Shown: positions 28,572 through 38,126, numbered from the stretch's first letter. The stretch: DNA of 60,350 nt from Candidatus Hermodarchaeota archaeon (GCA_016839995.1 JAEOTD010000055.1:1-60350), one strand, 5' to 3'. The notes: generated by a model from the sequence alone, not told the origin. Numbers and translations: made by a program.

Positions 28572-29180
28572 CTATTTCTCCTTTGCCTTGTCTTTTCCTT
28601 CTTTCTTTTTCTCTGCTTTTCGCTTGGATTCAATTAATCTAGCGATCTCTTCCTTAATCCACTCGAATTTGCCCAGAAAAGGCTGTCGCATTGTCAAGCC
28701 AAGTTTGCCACTTCGTGCTCCGCCATCAATGCTTACCGCGACGATTCGTGTGCGAACTAAATCCCCTTCCGTGATGACTCGACCAGTTTCCTTGCCGACA
28801 AGAGCCGCACTACGGGGATCGTATGAGAAAAAGTCATCAGTAATCTGACTTACGTGACATAGACCATCCAATGGACCGAGTCGAATGAAAGCGCCGAAAT
28901 CAACAACTTCGACGACCTCACCTTGGGTGAGAAAGTTGACTTTGGGCTCAAAGGTGAGAACGTTCAGGGTGACGTCATGATAAGTGGCGCCATCACCAGG
29001 AATTATCTTACCTACACCAATATCGATTACTTCAGTTACAGCGATGATAAAGCCGAGATCCACGTCGATTATGCCTTCATATTGTTCACGGAGAATTTCT
29101 TCGGCAACTTCGTAGAGGTCTTCACTGAACCGATTCGGCGGAATGCGCACATGACCTTTAATGGAAACCGCTTGGTAGAT
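28572..29180 (-). CDS. rpo7: DNA-directed RNA polymerase subunit Rpo7 (RpoE'), probable ATC initiation
   Basis: S1-domain Rpo7 with VRIPPNRFSEDL and a K-rich C-terminus. The homology-expected N-terminus (x-YQAVSIKGH-VRIPP) begins at ATC 29180, 7 nt after GGAGG. The first canonical codon is GTG 29150, which would remove ~10 conserved-position residues. Confidence 0.8.
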   Translation of the reverse strand: MYQAVSIKGHVRIPPNRFSEDLYEVAEEILREQYEGIIDVDLGFIIAVTEVIDIGVGKIIPGDGATYHDVTLNVLTFEPKVNFLTQGEVVEVVDFGAFIRLGPLDGLCHVSQITDDFFSYDPRSAALVGKETGRVITEGDLVRTRIVAVSIDGGARSGKLGLTMRQPFLGKFEWIKEEIARLIESKRKAEKKKEGKDKAKEK

Positions 29181-29187
29181 AGTCTTG

Positions 29188-29192
29188 CCTCC
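29188..29192 (-). promoter_or_regulatory. Shine-Dalgarno (GGAGG) upstream of rpo7
   Basis: Minus strand reads GGAGG-CAAGACT-ATC. Confidence 0.55.
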
Positions 29193-29267
29193 GATTTCGG
29201 ACGGATTACAAGTCGGGCTGATAAGCTTTTCTATTGAATTGGTGTACCAACGCTGTTACAGCCAGTT

Positions 29268-29711
29268 CTACTCCGTGAGGGCAAGAACAGCTAGTTTTCG
29301 CAAAAATATGGCGCGAGAGCCCTGATTAACGAGTTTTCGCCGCAATTCACCATCATTTGTTGCTACCATGGCACCCGTTTCAAGCGCAAAAGAGAGAAGA
29401 GCTGAATCCGCGTTCAGGTCTCGAATTGTAGGAGAAAGGTCTTCGACCTTTTGGCAATATTCTTCCACTAACATGAAAGAACTTTTGGCTGCGCTTCTTT
29501 CTTTGGAAGAGCCTTTGGCCATCAACCAATCTAATTCCTTCAGAACTTGTGGGAGAACGAGAAAACGAACATGACCACCCACCAAACGTGGTATTTCTTC
29601 GAAAATATCGATACGGCGTTGAAATGGGAGTAGTAAAAAATTCGTGTCCAATAGCACCGTAGTCCCTTGGAAGGTTTCAGAATTATTTGGCAACGACGGT
29701 GCCCCATCCAA
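29268..29711 (-). CDS. PIN-domain protein (Fcf1/Utp24-like, COG1412)
   Basis: 147 aa. VLLDTNFLLLPFQRRIDIFEEI and VATNDGELRRKL. Conserved position after eif2g. Confidence 0.8.
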   Translation of the reverse strand: MDGAPSLPNNSETFQGTTVLLDTNFLLLPFQRRIDIFEEIPRLVGGHVRFLVLPQVLKELDWLMAKGSSKERSAAKSSFMLVEEYCQKVEDLSPTIRDLNADSALLSFALETGAMVATNDGELRRKLVNQGSRAIFLRKLAVLALTE

Positions 29712-30942
29712 TAAGTCGCCACCTCATTTCGATTTGGCGACTAATAGCTACTCGTTGATTAGGTATTACTGCCACGGGTTTTCGAAGCTCGAAGAGAATT
29801 CGGTTTTTGGAGCCTATCTTTTTCACTTGACCGACTGTAGCTGAAGAACCCACTATGAGCATCAAAGTTTCATTCGGTTTGATAGTTTGGACAGCAGTCT
29901 GTTCTACAGAGCCAACGACTCGTTTGAGTAAATGAGATTCAAGGGTTACTTCATCAACAATTGGAGGCAATTTCCCATGAGGTCCTGCAAGATTTCCAAT
30001 TAGAGAATCAGCACGGGTAATGGCGGGATCAAGATTGGTTCCCATACCAATCAGTCCGCTTGGATGCGCAGTTTTCAATGGATTCCCAGTGCCCGTTTGA
30101 ATGCTTTTCACTGTAGTATATATTGGTTGATATGAGAGCGCGCCTTTGTCTTTTCTTACCGGGATTCCCGGTTGGATTTCGAGTTCATCCCCAACTGAAA
30201 CCTTTCCCTGAATTATGGTTCCACCAATCACGCCACCCTGTAAGTCCTTTGGTCGAGTTCCAGGTTTGTTGATGTCAAAGGATCGAGCAACATAGAATAG
30301 CCCAGGCTTCTGTAAATCGCGTTTTGGTGTAGGAATGACTTCTTCAATGGTCTGAATCAGGAAATCGACGTTAGTTCCAAACATCGCAGAAATCGGGATA
30401 ACCGGGGCGTTTTCAGCAATTGACCCCGAGACAAAGCGTTTGATTTCCTTGTAATTGTCTAATGCTTCCTTTTCGGAGACCAGTTCCACCTTGTTTTGAG
30501 CAATGATGATTTTGTCAACCCCAATAATTTCCAAAGCTGCAAGATGTTCCCTAGTTTGGGGTTGTGGACATTTTTCGTCTGCTGCAATGAGTAATAGTGC
30601 CCCATCCATTAAAGCAGCCCCAGAAATCATCGTGGCCATTAAGACTTCGTGACCCGGTGCGTCAACTAGCGAAATTCGTCTGAGGGGTTCAGCTTTTCCT
30701 CCACATTTGGCACATTTGGATGTGGTCGAATATGCAGCAGCACCTCGACATTTTGTGCACTTGAAGAACGTAACGTCGGCATAACCTAATTTGATTGAAA
30801 TCCCCCGGCGAATTTCTTCAGAATGGCGATCAGTCCACTCTCCGGATAATGCCTTGGCTAGAGTTGTCTTCCCGTGATCGACATGACCCACTAATCCGAT
30901 GTTGACTTCAGCTTGTTTGGGCATGGTTTTCCGGGGTGGCAT
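29683..30942 (-). CDS. eif2g: translation initiation factor aIF2 gamma
   Basis: 419 aa. NIGLVGHVDHGKTTL. Zinc knuckle CTKC...CAKCG. DAPGHE, NKVE. Confidence 0.95.
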   Translation of the reverse strand: MPPRKTMPKQAEVNIGLVGHVDHGKTTLAKALSGEWTDRHSEEIRRGISIKLGYADVTFFKCTKCRGAAAYSTTSKCAKCGGKAEPLRRISLVDAPGHEVLMATMISGAALMDGALLLIAADEKCPQPQTREHLAALEIIGVDKIIIAQNKVELVSEKEALDNYKEIKRFVSGSIAENAPVIPISAMFGTNVDFLIQTIEEVIPTPKRDLQKPGLFYVARSFDINKPGTRPKDLQGGVIGGTIIQGKVSVGDELEIQPGIPVRKDKGALSYQPIYTTVKSIQTGTGNPLKTAHPSGLIGMGTNLDPAITRADSLIGNLAGPHGKLPPIVDEVTLESHLLKRVVGSVEQTAVQTIKPNETLMLIVGSSATVGQVKKIGSKNRILFELRKPVAVIPNQRVAISRQIEMRWRLIGWGTVVAK

Positions 30943-30982
30943 TATTTATCGTCATCTCTTAGGGGGCTTCTGTGTTTAATTC

Positions 30983-31378
30983 TTATGAGGAAGCCGTACT
31001 TTTCTCAATTAATTCGAGGAGGGGTTTGGACCCTTGTGTGATAATTTGCGCATTTACTTGTACGATTTCATCGGTAATCTCGCTGCCACGAACCCGGCGA
31101 CGGCGACGTTCTCCAGGATTTTTAGGTTTGTATCCGATGCCTCCTGATAGAAGTGGTCGTTTTCGGACAGCGCCATGCACATCGGGGCGCATGGGTGTAC
31201 CTGTACCATCACTGCCACCAGTAATTTTGAATTGGTATCCACCGAACCCCAGTGGTTCGCCTTCAACAATTTCACCAATGACCTTGCCATGGAGGATACG
31301 GCTGCGTTGCTCACTGAGTTCTAGCTGGATTGTTTTTCCAGTCTGTGGATCACCGATGACTAATCGAATTCGTGTCAT
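30983..31378 (-). CDS. rps6e: 30S ribosomal protein S6e (eS6)
   Basis: MTRIRLVIGDPQTGKTIQLEL start, with ATG 31378 preceded by GAGG. GGSDGTGTPMRPDV motif. Confidence 0.92.
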   Translation of the reverse strand: MTRIRLVIGDPQTGKTIQLELSEQRSRILHGKVIGEIVEGEPLGFGGYQFKITGGSDGTGTPMRPDVHGAVRKRPLLSGGIGYKPKNPGERRRRRVRGSEITDEIVQVNAQIITQGSKPLLELIEKSTASS

Positions 31379-31525
31379 TTCAGAATCCTCAATTTGTACA
31401 TCGTTATGGTTAGTACTTTCACTTTGTATTGAAAGCAACGATAAATTCGTAGCATGGGATAAGGGCTTATGAATCTTACCATCAAATGACTGAATGGTAG
31501 AATCCTTGATTGACGAAAGTGAAGA

Positions 31526-33316
31526 TTAAACTCCCCAGAAGGGTTGCACGTGTTTGCGTTTGAGTTCTAAGAACTCTTGCAGGAGTTCCTGTTCATCCGA
31601 GGTGAGTTTATCTCGGAACTCTTGGTTCAGCCTAATTACCATACCCTCATGCAGGTCAATGTAGAGTATATCCCCTTCATCGATTTGTCGACCGACGGTG
31701 GCTCCGCGAATTGACACGGCAACTTCTGCACCGATTCGAGCGGTTGGAATCGTTTCACCCTTGTCTTGGATTTGTTGAATCAATCCAATGCGCCGATTAT
31801 CTGGTGTTATGAGGTGACTCTTAGCACTAATTCGACCTGCTATTACTTTAACTCCGACTACCGCGGGATTACTTTGGCGGAAAACATAGCCGGGGAGTAT
31901 TTCGAATTTTCCTGGAAAAATAAGCTCCTCAAGCATTGCCTCCTCAAGTTTCTGGCGCTTATCGGTTACCCAATTCTCATATTGGTCTACAAGGTCATAG
32001 ATAATCTGGCTTTGGAATATTGGGACACCTAAAGCATCAGCCTCATTAGCAGCATCAGGTAATGGTCGGACATTAAATGCAAGGATGACACCGACAAAGG
32101 GATCATTCTCGTATACAGTTGATACTGCCTTTACTTCTTTCTTTGAGATATCTCCGATGTCCGCTCTTCGGATGGGAATTTCCCGCTCTTTGAGATATTC
32201 GATAAGGGCTTCCAAGGATCCAAGGGTATCAGCTTTTAGTAGGACGCCGATCTTATCTGTCTCAATCCGAACAGCTTCCATATCCTGGATGATGCTTTCC
32301 TTAATGGAAGCAATCTCATCATCTGAGTTGGCTACAAAAAGACCACCACCAGCAATAGCAGTATCTAATTCAGGGGCAGCGATTTTGACACCTGCGGCTG
32401 CTACAACTTCTTTTACTGGTGAGAATCGTTCACGGGGATCACGAATTTCATCAAGTGGTTTGGGCATCAGGAGAGCACGTACGTGGGTGGTGATGGGTTC
32501 TGGAAGGCCACTTACGACAATGGTATCGCCGTGATTAAGGATGCCATCGTAGATGATGGTATCAACGGTGACTCCAAGGCCAGGTTCTTCCTTTACTTCC
32601 AAGACCACGCCTTTTGCAGGTCCCTCGGTTGTTTGTAGTTGCTCTTCTAAATATTGCTGAGCGAGACCAATTAAGACCAAGAGTAATTCAGAGATCCCTT
32701 CACCGGTCTTTGCACTGGTAGGGACAACTGCAACTGTTTTCGCAAAGTCAGTAATACGATCATACCGATCTGATTGAATATTCTCACGTGAAAGCTCCCC
32801 CATGACCTCATAGATTTTGTTATCTAATTCACTCTTCACAAAGTCAGCTTGTGTGTTTATAGATTCGGTCACAACCCACGTCTTTTGGGGTTTCCATCCT
32901 GGTAATCGATCAACCTTGTTAAGCGCAACAAGAAATGGAGTTTTTCGAGCGCGAAGAATCCGTAGGGATTCATAGGTTTGCGGTTGAAGCCCATCGACGA
33001 TATCGACAACTAAAATGGCAATGTCGGCGACCGCACCACCGCGTTTTCGAAGATTAAAGAACGCTGCATGTCCTGGGGTGTCAATGATGAGTAGACCAGG
33101 GAGTGTGAGGTCACGCTTGAAAGTATCCATGAGTGGCCCAACCAATTCTTTGACAGTTGCTAAAGGAAAGAAACTAGCCCCAATTTGCTGGGTAATTCCA
33201 CCAGCTTCTCGTGCTTGTACTCCGGTTCCCCGAATCTTGTCCAGAAGGCTGGTTTTTCCAGTGTCGATATGACCTAACATTGTGACAATAGGTTGGCGGA
33301 TTGGCATCATCGACAC
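31526..33316 (-). CDS. infB: translation initiation factor aIF5B (IF-2 homologue)
   Basis: 596 aa. VTMLGHIDTGKTSLLD, DTPGH, NKVD. Confidence 0.95.
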   Translation of the reverse strand: MSMMPIRQPIVTMLGHIDTGKTSLLDKIRGTGVQAREAGGITQQIGASFFPLATVKELVGPLMDTFKRDLTLPGLLIIDTPGHAAFFNLRKRGGAVADIAILVVDIVDGLQPQTYESLRILRARKTPFLVALNKVDRLPGWKPQKTWVVTESINTQADFVKSELDNKIYEVMGELSRENIQSDRYDRITDFAKTVAVVPTSAKTGEGISELLLVLIGLAQQYLEEQLQTTEGPAKGVVLEVKEEPGLGVTVDTIIYDGILNHGDTIVVSGLPEPITTHVRALLMPKPLDEIRDPRERFSPVKEVVAAAGVKIAAPELDTAIAGGGLFVANSDDEIASIKESIIQDMEAVRIETDKIGVLLKADTLGSLEALIEYLKEREIPIRRADIGDISKKEVKAVSTVYENDPFVGVILAFNVRPLPDAANEADALGVPIFQSQIIYDLVDQYENWVTDKRQKLEEAMLEELIFPGKFEILPGYVFRQSNPAVVGVKVIAGRISAKSHLITPDNRRIGLIQQIQDKGETIPTARIGAEVAVSIRGATVGRQIDEGDILYIDLHEGMVIRLNQEFRDKLTSDEQELLQEFLELKRKHVQPFWGV

Positions 33317-33477
33317 CTTCTGAAAACGTTATCCTCGTGGTGGGAGAGCTCTAAATTGGTTCGACAGGTCTGCGATATTTAAGGATTATGTCCTTGGAAG
33401 TGCAATTAGAGCGGAATCTTATTCGAGGGAAGGTTTTTTGTGATGGAACTTAGTTGTGGCTTCACGAGGTGTATCCC

Positions 33478-34146
33478 ATGGAACAAACTCTGCTAATCTT
33501 GAAACCCGATGCCACCATGCGAAGAGGAGTAGGAGCAGCAGTATTCGAACAAATCCTTAGTTCACTTCCAGACGTGAAGCTGAAAGGCTTTCTAGAGATT
33601 GCTGTACCAAAGCAAGTCGCTGAAAAACATTACGCCATTCATGAAGGTAAATTCTTCTATTCTTGGCTGTTAGAGTTTATTCAAGTGGGAAATGTACTCG
33701 CCACGGTCTTAGAAGGACAAGATATCGTATCCCGTCTCCGAGAAGTGCTTGGTGCTACCTTTGTGGAAAAAGCTAGCCCTGACAGTCTTCGCGGGAAATA
33801 TGGAATTGTAGGCGGAGTGAATGTGGCTCACGCATCTGATGAGCCAGCCAACGCAAAAAAGGAAGTTTCCCTTTGGCAGGAAGAAGCCAACTTGGATCTT
33901 TTTCAGGATGGCCTCGAACCGATAAATGCGTATATTACCAAATGGGCGGAGACCCCAGTAGTTGCCACCGAACAGATTCGCCAAATCTGTCAGGAATATG
34001 CCGGTGAATATACGAATAGAGAAACCTACCAGAATGAGATTTTTGAACTTTTAATCGATGAGTGCCCCGATTGGTGTGAACAAGATCTGAATAGACTTGC
34101 CAATGCAATTTTGGGGAATATGGACTTAGATCGAGACAAGGACTGA
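33478..34146 (+). CDS. ndk: nucleoside diphosphate kinase-like protein with ~80-aa acidic C-terminal extension
   Basis: EQTLLILKPDATMRRG and NVAHASD (active-site His region). ATG 33478 lies 6 nt after GAGGTG. The NDK fold accounts for only ~140 of 222 aa. Confidence 0.75.
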   Translation: MEQTLLILKPDATMRRGVGAAVFEQILSSLPDVKLKGFLEIAVPKQVAEKHYAIHEGKFFYSWLLEFIQVGNVLATVLEGQDIVSRLREVLGATFVEKASPDSLRGKYGIVGGVNVAHASDEPANAKKEVSLWQEEANLDLFQDGLEPINAYITKWAETPVVATEQIRQICQEYAGEYTNRETYQNEIFELLIDECPDWCEQDLNRLANAILGNMDLDRDKD

Positions 34147-34198
34147 TATCAAATAGCCCGAATTGAAAGCGTTAGAGCGTCAAAAAGGCAGCAAGAGT

Positions 34199-34558
34199 TT
34201 ATTCTTTCTTTGCTTTGGACTTGGTAGCTGACTTCTTTGCGGGTTTTTTCGCTTTAGGTTTGGCTGCTTTTTTAGTTGGCGGTGACTTTGTTTCTTTCTT
34301 AGCTGGCGTTTTAGCTTTTGGTTTCGCTTTTGCCTTGGCTTTTTTCCTCTTCCGTGCAGCCTGAGCTCGACGCCGTGTTCGTTCTTCATATACTTCTGTC
34401 CACTTCAAGCGTCGTGCTGTACGTTTTAGTATGGTTTGATTTCGTCGACATTTACTCGAACACAGGTAGAAGAGACTCCCATCGTTTTTCACATAGATTG
34501 AACCAGTCCCAGGTTCAACGTCTGTGCCACAGAAAGTGCAGGTATATTTTTTGACCAT
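34199..34558 (-). CDS. rpl24e: 50S ribosomal protein L24e (eL24) with Lys/Ala/Pro-rich tail
   Basis: CTFCGTDVEPGTGSIYVKNDGSLFYLCSSKCRRN, followed by a ~50-aa KAKAKPKAK...KAKKE tail. Confidence 0.93.
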   Translation of the reverse strand: MVKKYTCTFCGTDVEPGTGSIYVKNDGSLFYLCSSKCRRNQTILKRTARRLKWTEVYEERTRRRAQAARKRKKAKAKAKPKAKTPAKKETKSPPTKKAAKPKAKKPAKKSATKSKAKKE

Positions 34559-34581
34559 ACATAGTCCCAGCTTTCTTTGTT

Positions 34582-34797
34582 TTAGGGCGTCCGAATCTTC
34601 CGTGCTTCTCGTTCGGTTTCACGAAGAACCAGAATATCTCCTTCTCGAATTGGTCCTTTCACGTTTCGGGTGAGAATGCGGCCTTGATCACGACCTTCTA
34701 ATACACGGACTCGAACCTGAATGATTTCTCCGGTGAGACCGGTTCGTCCAACAACCTGGACGACTTCTGCAGGAATGCCCGTGTCTTCTGAGCTCAT
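34582..34797 (-). CDS. rps28e: 30S ribosomal protein S28e (eS28)
   Basis: [55 protein letters not shown]. Confidence 0.95.
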   Translation of the reverse strand: MSSEDTGIPAEVVQVVGRTGLTGEIIQVRVRVLEGRDQGRILTRNVKGPIREGDILVLRETEREARKIRTP

Positions 34798-34822
34798 CTA
34801 TGTGTCACCCTTTTGATGGAGC

Positions 34823-35191
34823 CTATTTTTGAAGGTCCTTCAGTTTCTTTGCCAGGTCATCAATTAACTTCTGTGCATCACCTGCTTCAATAATAGCAGC
34901 GGAGGCAGAAGGAACATCGATGCCGAGTGCAGTTCCAACCTTGTTTTTACTGGCAACATAGATGTAAGGAATGTTCTTTTCTTCACACATAACGGGAAGG
35001 TGAAAAATGATTTCCGGGGGATCTACATCTTCAGCAATAACAACGAATTTTGCGATTGCACGTTCAACAGCTTTGGTTGATTCGTTGGTCCCTTTTCGGA
35101 CCTTACCAGTATCCCGTGCAATTTCAATTATCTCATATGCAATGTCTTGCAATTCTTTTGGTGCAGTAAATTTGACATGTGGTTTTGCCAA
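34823..35191 (-). CDS. rpl7ae: 50S ribosomal protein L7Ae (K-turn binding; also sRNP and RNase P subunit)
   Basis: [13 protein letters not shown]...[13 protein letters not shown]...[14 protein letters not shown] 35191 lies 6 nt after GAGGTG. The ORF-track GTG 35200 lies inside that SD. Confidence 0.93.
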   Translation of the reverse strand: MAKPHVKFTAPKELQDIAYEIIEIARDTGKVRKGTNESTKAVERAIAKFVVIAEDVDPPEIIFHLPVMCEEKNIPYIYVASKNKVGTALGIDVPSASAAIIEAGDAQKLIDDLAKKLKDLQK

Positions 35192-35300
35192 CAAGAACAC
35201 CTCATGGTGTATTCATCGGGTCTTGTCGAAGACCAACAGCCAGTAACTAATCGACCCGTGGCTGTGGCGACAGAGTAGCAATCAACACGGCATTTAAAGC
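35192..35300 (-). promoter_or_regulatory. structured 5' leader and candidate TATA box of the rpl7ae-rps28e-rpl24e operon
   Basis: The sense strand has GCTTTAAATG (35291-35300) and a perfect hairpin GGUCUU-CGAC-AAGACC (35219-35234). This is followed by CGAUGA-AUACACC-AUGAGG overlapping the SD. Confidence 0.3.
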
Positions 35301-35331
35301 TTTTTCTTCTCACAGCCTCAATGAACCAGTT

Positions 35332-36480
35332 TCATTTTCGAATGCGTCGATCGGCTTTGAATTCAATGAAATCCTCATATACGCGGTATTCAAGCCACTC
35401 CCGAGTTGGTCCCGTGACGACCAAGGGAGCTTGTGATAATTCCTTGAGATTAGAGGCTCCAACAAGAAACATCGCTGCTTTCAACCCATGAATCAGGGAT
35501 TCGAGAAAGAGTTGAACCGCCTTGGCATCAAGGACCGCAGGAGAGAGTACTGGAAGGGCAACACCAGCGAAATCTGCCCCGATTGCTATTGCTTTGGCAA
35601 TATCAATACCGGTGCGAATACCTCCGGAAGCTATGACAGGGATTCGTTTCTTCACTGAATAAGCGACTTCGAAGGTTGCGACGGCCGTGGGGATTCCCCA
35701 GTTAGTGAACCATCGACCTAAAGTTGCTTTCGTGGCATCCTCAGGCTTTGCCCGCTCCACTTCCACTGCGGGCCAGCTTGTGCCACCTAACCCTGCGACA
35801 TCAAGTGCTTTCACACCTGCATTCGCTAAGATTGTGGCAGTGGATTGGCTGAGTCCCGCACCAGTTTCCTTGGCAATGAATGGAGTTGATACATTAGTGG
35901 TAAGGGTCTTGAGAGCTTGAAGAACTCCAGCAAAGGTCGCCTCTCCTTCAGGTTGAACCGCCTCTTGTGCAGCATTGAAATGAATCGCCATCGCATCTGC
36001 CTTAATCATCTCAATCGCTGTCTTGATTTCCTCAACACCCCAACCTAAGGAAAGTTGAGGGGCACCAATATTACCAATTAAAAACGCTTTGGGTGCATTT
36101 TCTCGCGTGACTGTAAAAGAATCCGCCAGGGAAGCGTCTTCCACGGCTGCACGTTGACTGCCGACACCCATGGCGAGTCCCAATGCTTCCACAGCCTGGG
36201 CGATGTGTTTGTTTATAGGTAGGGCTTCTTGATGACCTCCAGTCATCGCGGTGACTATAAGCGGTGCCTTAAGTTGATGACCAAGAAACTGTGTCTCAAC
36301 GTTTACATCATCGAGATTAATTTCGGGAACGGCGTTATGAACGAGCGTGATATCATCAAATCCTGTCGAGATAGTGGATTCTATTTCCCGTTCTAAACAA
36401 ATTCGAATATGTTCCAGTTTTCGACTTTCGGTGAGTTTTTTCTTTTCCTTTGATTTCGCTTTCGAACGCGTTTTCACCAA
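35332..36480 (-). CDS. fni: isopentenyl-diphosphate delta-isomerase, type 2 (FMN-dependent)
   Basis: 382 aa. RKLEHIRICLE, MTGG, GVGSQR, and ASGGIRTGIDIAKAIAIGA. Short K-rich N-terminal extension. Confidence 0.9.
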   Translation of the reverse strand: MVKTRSKAKSKEKKKLTESRKLEHIRICLEREIESTISTGFDDITLVHNAVPEINLDDVNVETQFLGHQLKAPLIVTAMTGGHQEALPINKHIAQAVEALGLAMGVGSQRAAVEDASLADSFTVTRENAPKAFLIGNIGAPQLSLGWGVEEIKTAIEMIKADAMAIHFNAAQEAVQPEGEATFAGVLQALKTLTTNVSTPFIAKETGAGLSQSTATILANAGVKALDVAGLGGTSWPAVEVERAKPEDATKATLGRWFTNWGIPTAVATFEVAYSVKKRIPVIASGGIRTGIDIAKAIAIGADFAGVALPVLSPAVLDAKAVQLFLESLIHGLKAAMFLVGASNLKELSQAPLVVTGPTREWLEYRVYEDFIEFKADRRIRK

Positions 36481-36535
36481 CTAAAGCCCCTCCGGGATCG
36501 TTGATTGTTTCTTTTTTTGTAGTTACCAGTATGTA

Positions 36536-36931
36536 TCAGATGATTTCAACCAGTCCTTTGGCGGCATCAATTCGTAGTTGTTGACCGGTTGTAATCTCAT
36601 TAATTGGTATTCTATCAACTGCAGGAATTTCAGCAATAATACATCCAACGGCAACAATAGTTTCGGTTTGCTGGTTAATAATGGCTACTGGTCCTTTTCC
36701 AGTCTTTGCTAACTGATAGAGGACATAGGAACCAACAGTTGAACCCTTTCCGCTAGGAAAGATGAGGACCTTCCCAGTTATAGATTGCCCTTCCAATTCA
36801 TGATCTTTTTCAACGACTACTCCAGTTTCTGGATCAACTCCACCATAGAAGGATAGACTTTGGGAGGTAACCAAGGCTTCTCCACTCGCGGTACCAGGAG
36901 AGATTTTTCGACCCTCAAATTGTTTGGTCAT
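36536..36931 (-). CDS. aconitase X swivel-domain subunit (DUF126); probable phosphomevalonate dehydratase small subunit
   Basis: 131 aa. GEALVTSQSLSFYGGVDPETG...LIFPSGKGSTVGSYVLYQL...GPVAIIN. Overlaps the large subunit by 4 nt. Confidence 0.8.
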   Translation of the reverse strand: MTKQFEGRKISPGTASGEALVTSQSLSFYGGVDPETGVVVEKDHELEGQSITGKVLIFPSGKGSTVGSYVLYQLAKTGKGPVAIINQQTETIVAVGCIIAEIPAVDRIPINEITTGQQLRIDAAKGLVEII

Positions 36932-38118
36932 TTAGTCAACGCCTCCTCAATACAGTCTTCCAGTGAGCAATGTTTGGTCTGGAATTTGTTGCGACCCCGA
37001 CCATAGTAGCAGCCCTTTGCAGAATCGGTGCATAATCCAGTGAACCGTCCCCTTATGGGAGCCACCACACAACAGGTATCACAAGCAAATTTGATGCCCG
37101 CGGCTTCGATGATTTGAGTATACCCCATTCGGTCCGCAACCTGCTTTGTGGGTCGTGCGGTTGTTATCCAAGTTTCTTTCTTCACTTGTTTACCGTCAAC
37201 GAGTTTTGCTATGTACTGAATTTCCCTTAGCGAAGCATGTGGACAGCCAATACTGACGAAATCAATGGAGGCTCCTTCTTCGTTCAAATCATCTTCAGCT
37301 TCTTTTAACTTTGATTCGGTTACCGTGATTATTTCCTTCGGGATTGTGGTCTTATTCGGCGTTAAACCTTCCATATGGAAGAGCGCAGTTCCCCCGAAGG
37401 TGGCTATTGATGCGCAGAAGGATTTGAGCTCATCAGTATTTGCAGTGGGGATGCCAGTGATATAGGGTATAGTCCATTCGGTTTTTGAGTCGAGGATATC
37501 ACCGATGACTTTGCCTAATACCCCAAATTGAGCGGTACCAGTTACTGGAGATTGAACGTCGAATCCAACATGAGCTTGACGATTCCGATCGAGATGATAA
37601 CCATGTCGTGGTGTATATCCAGTTAATGCGGCAGCTAGCGCGCTTGGTCCACCTTCACGATTGGTTCTTGCCCCAATCACAGAATTGGCAAAACAGACAG
37701 CGCTGCTTTCAGCCCAAGCGATGTGTTCGCCAAAGTGGGGAAGATTACCCACAAGATAGGGAGTACAGGTACAAGTTGTAATGATTCCCATCTTGGCAAA
37801 TGCATCAACAACTCGTTCCTGGTTCTTAGCGAATTCGGGATCAATTCCCAACTCACGCCAATTTTCCAAGTCCATTCCGGCAGGATTTAGAGTTGTAATA
37901 ACTCGAACGCGTCCATCTTGAGCCATCTGGGCAAGCCATTCTAGTCCGGGTTCTCCCAGATTTGCATAACTAACGCCTGCGATTTGCACTGAGGTGACTG
38001 GAATCATCTCTTCTGCATCGAAGATTTCACCTAGAGCATTGAGGATTTCCATGCTTTTTTGAGTAGCATAACCATGTTTGCCGTCTAGCATTTCTTGTTG
38101 AAATGAGGTTAATTTCAT
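36928..38118 (-). CDS. aconitase X catalytic subunit (DUF521); probable phosphomevalonate dehydratase large subunit
   Basis: MKLTSFQQEMLDGKHGYATQKSMEIL start, with conserved Cys residues (TCTCTP, CDTCCVV). ATG 38118 lies 8 nt after GGGAGTGA. The ORF-track GTG 38130 lies inside the SD. Confidence 0.8.
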   Translation of the reverse strand: MKLTSFQQEMLDGKHGYATQKSMEILNALGEIFDAEEMIPVTSVQIAGVSYANLGEPGLEWLAQMAQDGRVRVITTLNPAGMDLENWRELGIDPEFAKNQERVVDAFAKMGIITTCTCTPYLVGNLPHFGEHIAWAESSAVCFANSVIGARTNREGGPSALAAALTGYTPRHGYHLDRNRQAHVGFDVQSPVTGTAQFGVLGKVIGDILDSKTEWTIPYITGIPTANTDELKSFCASIATFGGTALFHMEGLTPNKTTIPKEIITVTESKLKEAEDDLNEEGASIDFVSIGCPHASLREIQYIAKLVDGKQVKKETWITTARPTKQVADRMGYTQIIEAAGIKFACDTCCVVAPIRGRFTGLCTDSAKGCYYGRGRNKFQTKHCSLEDCIEEALTK

Positions 38119-38126
38119 TTCAAATT

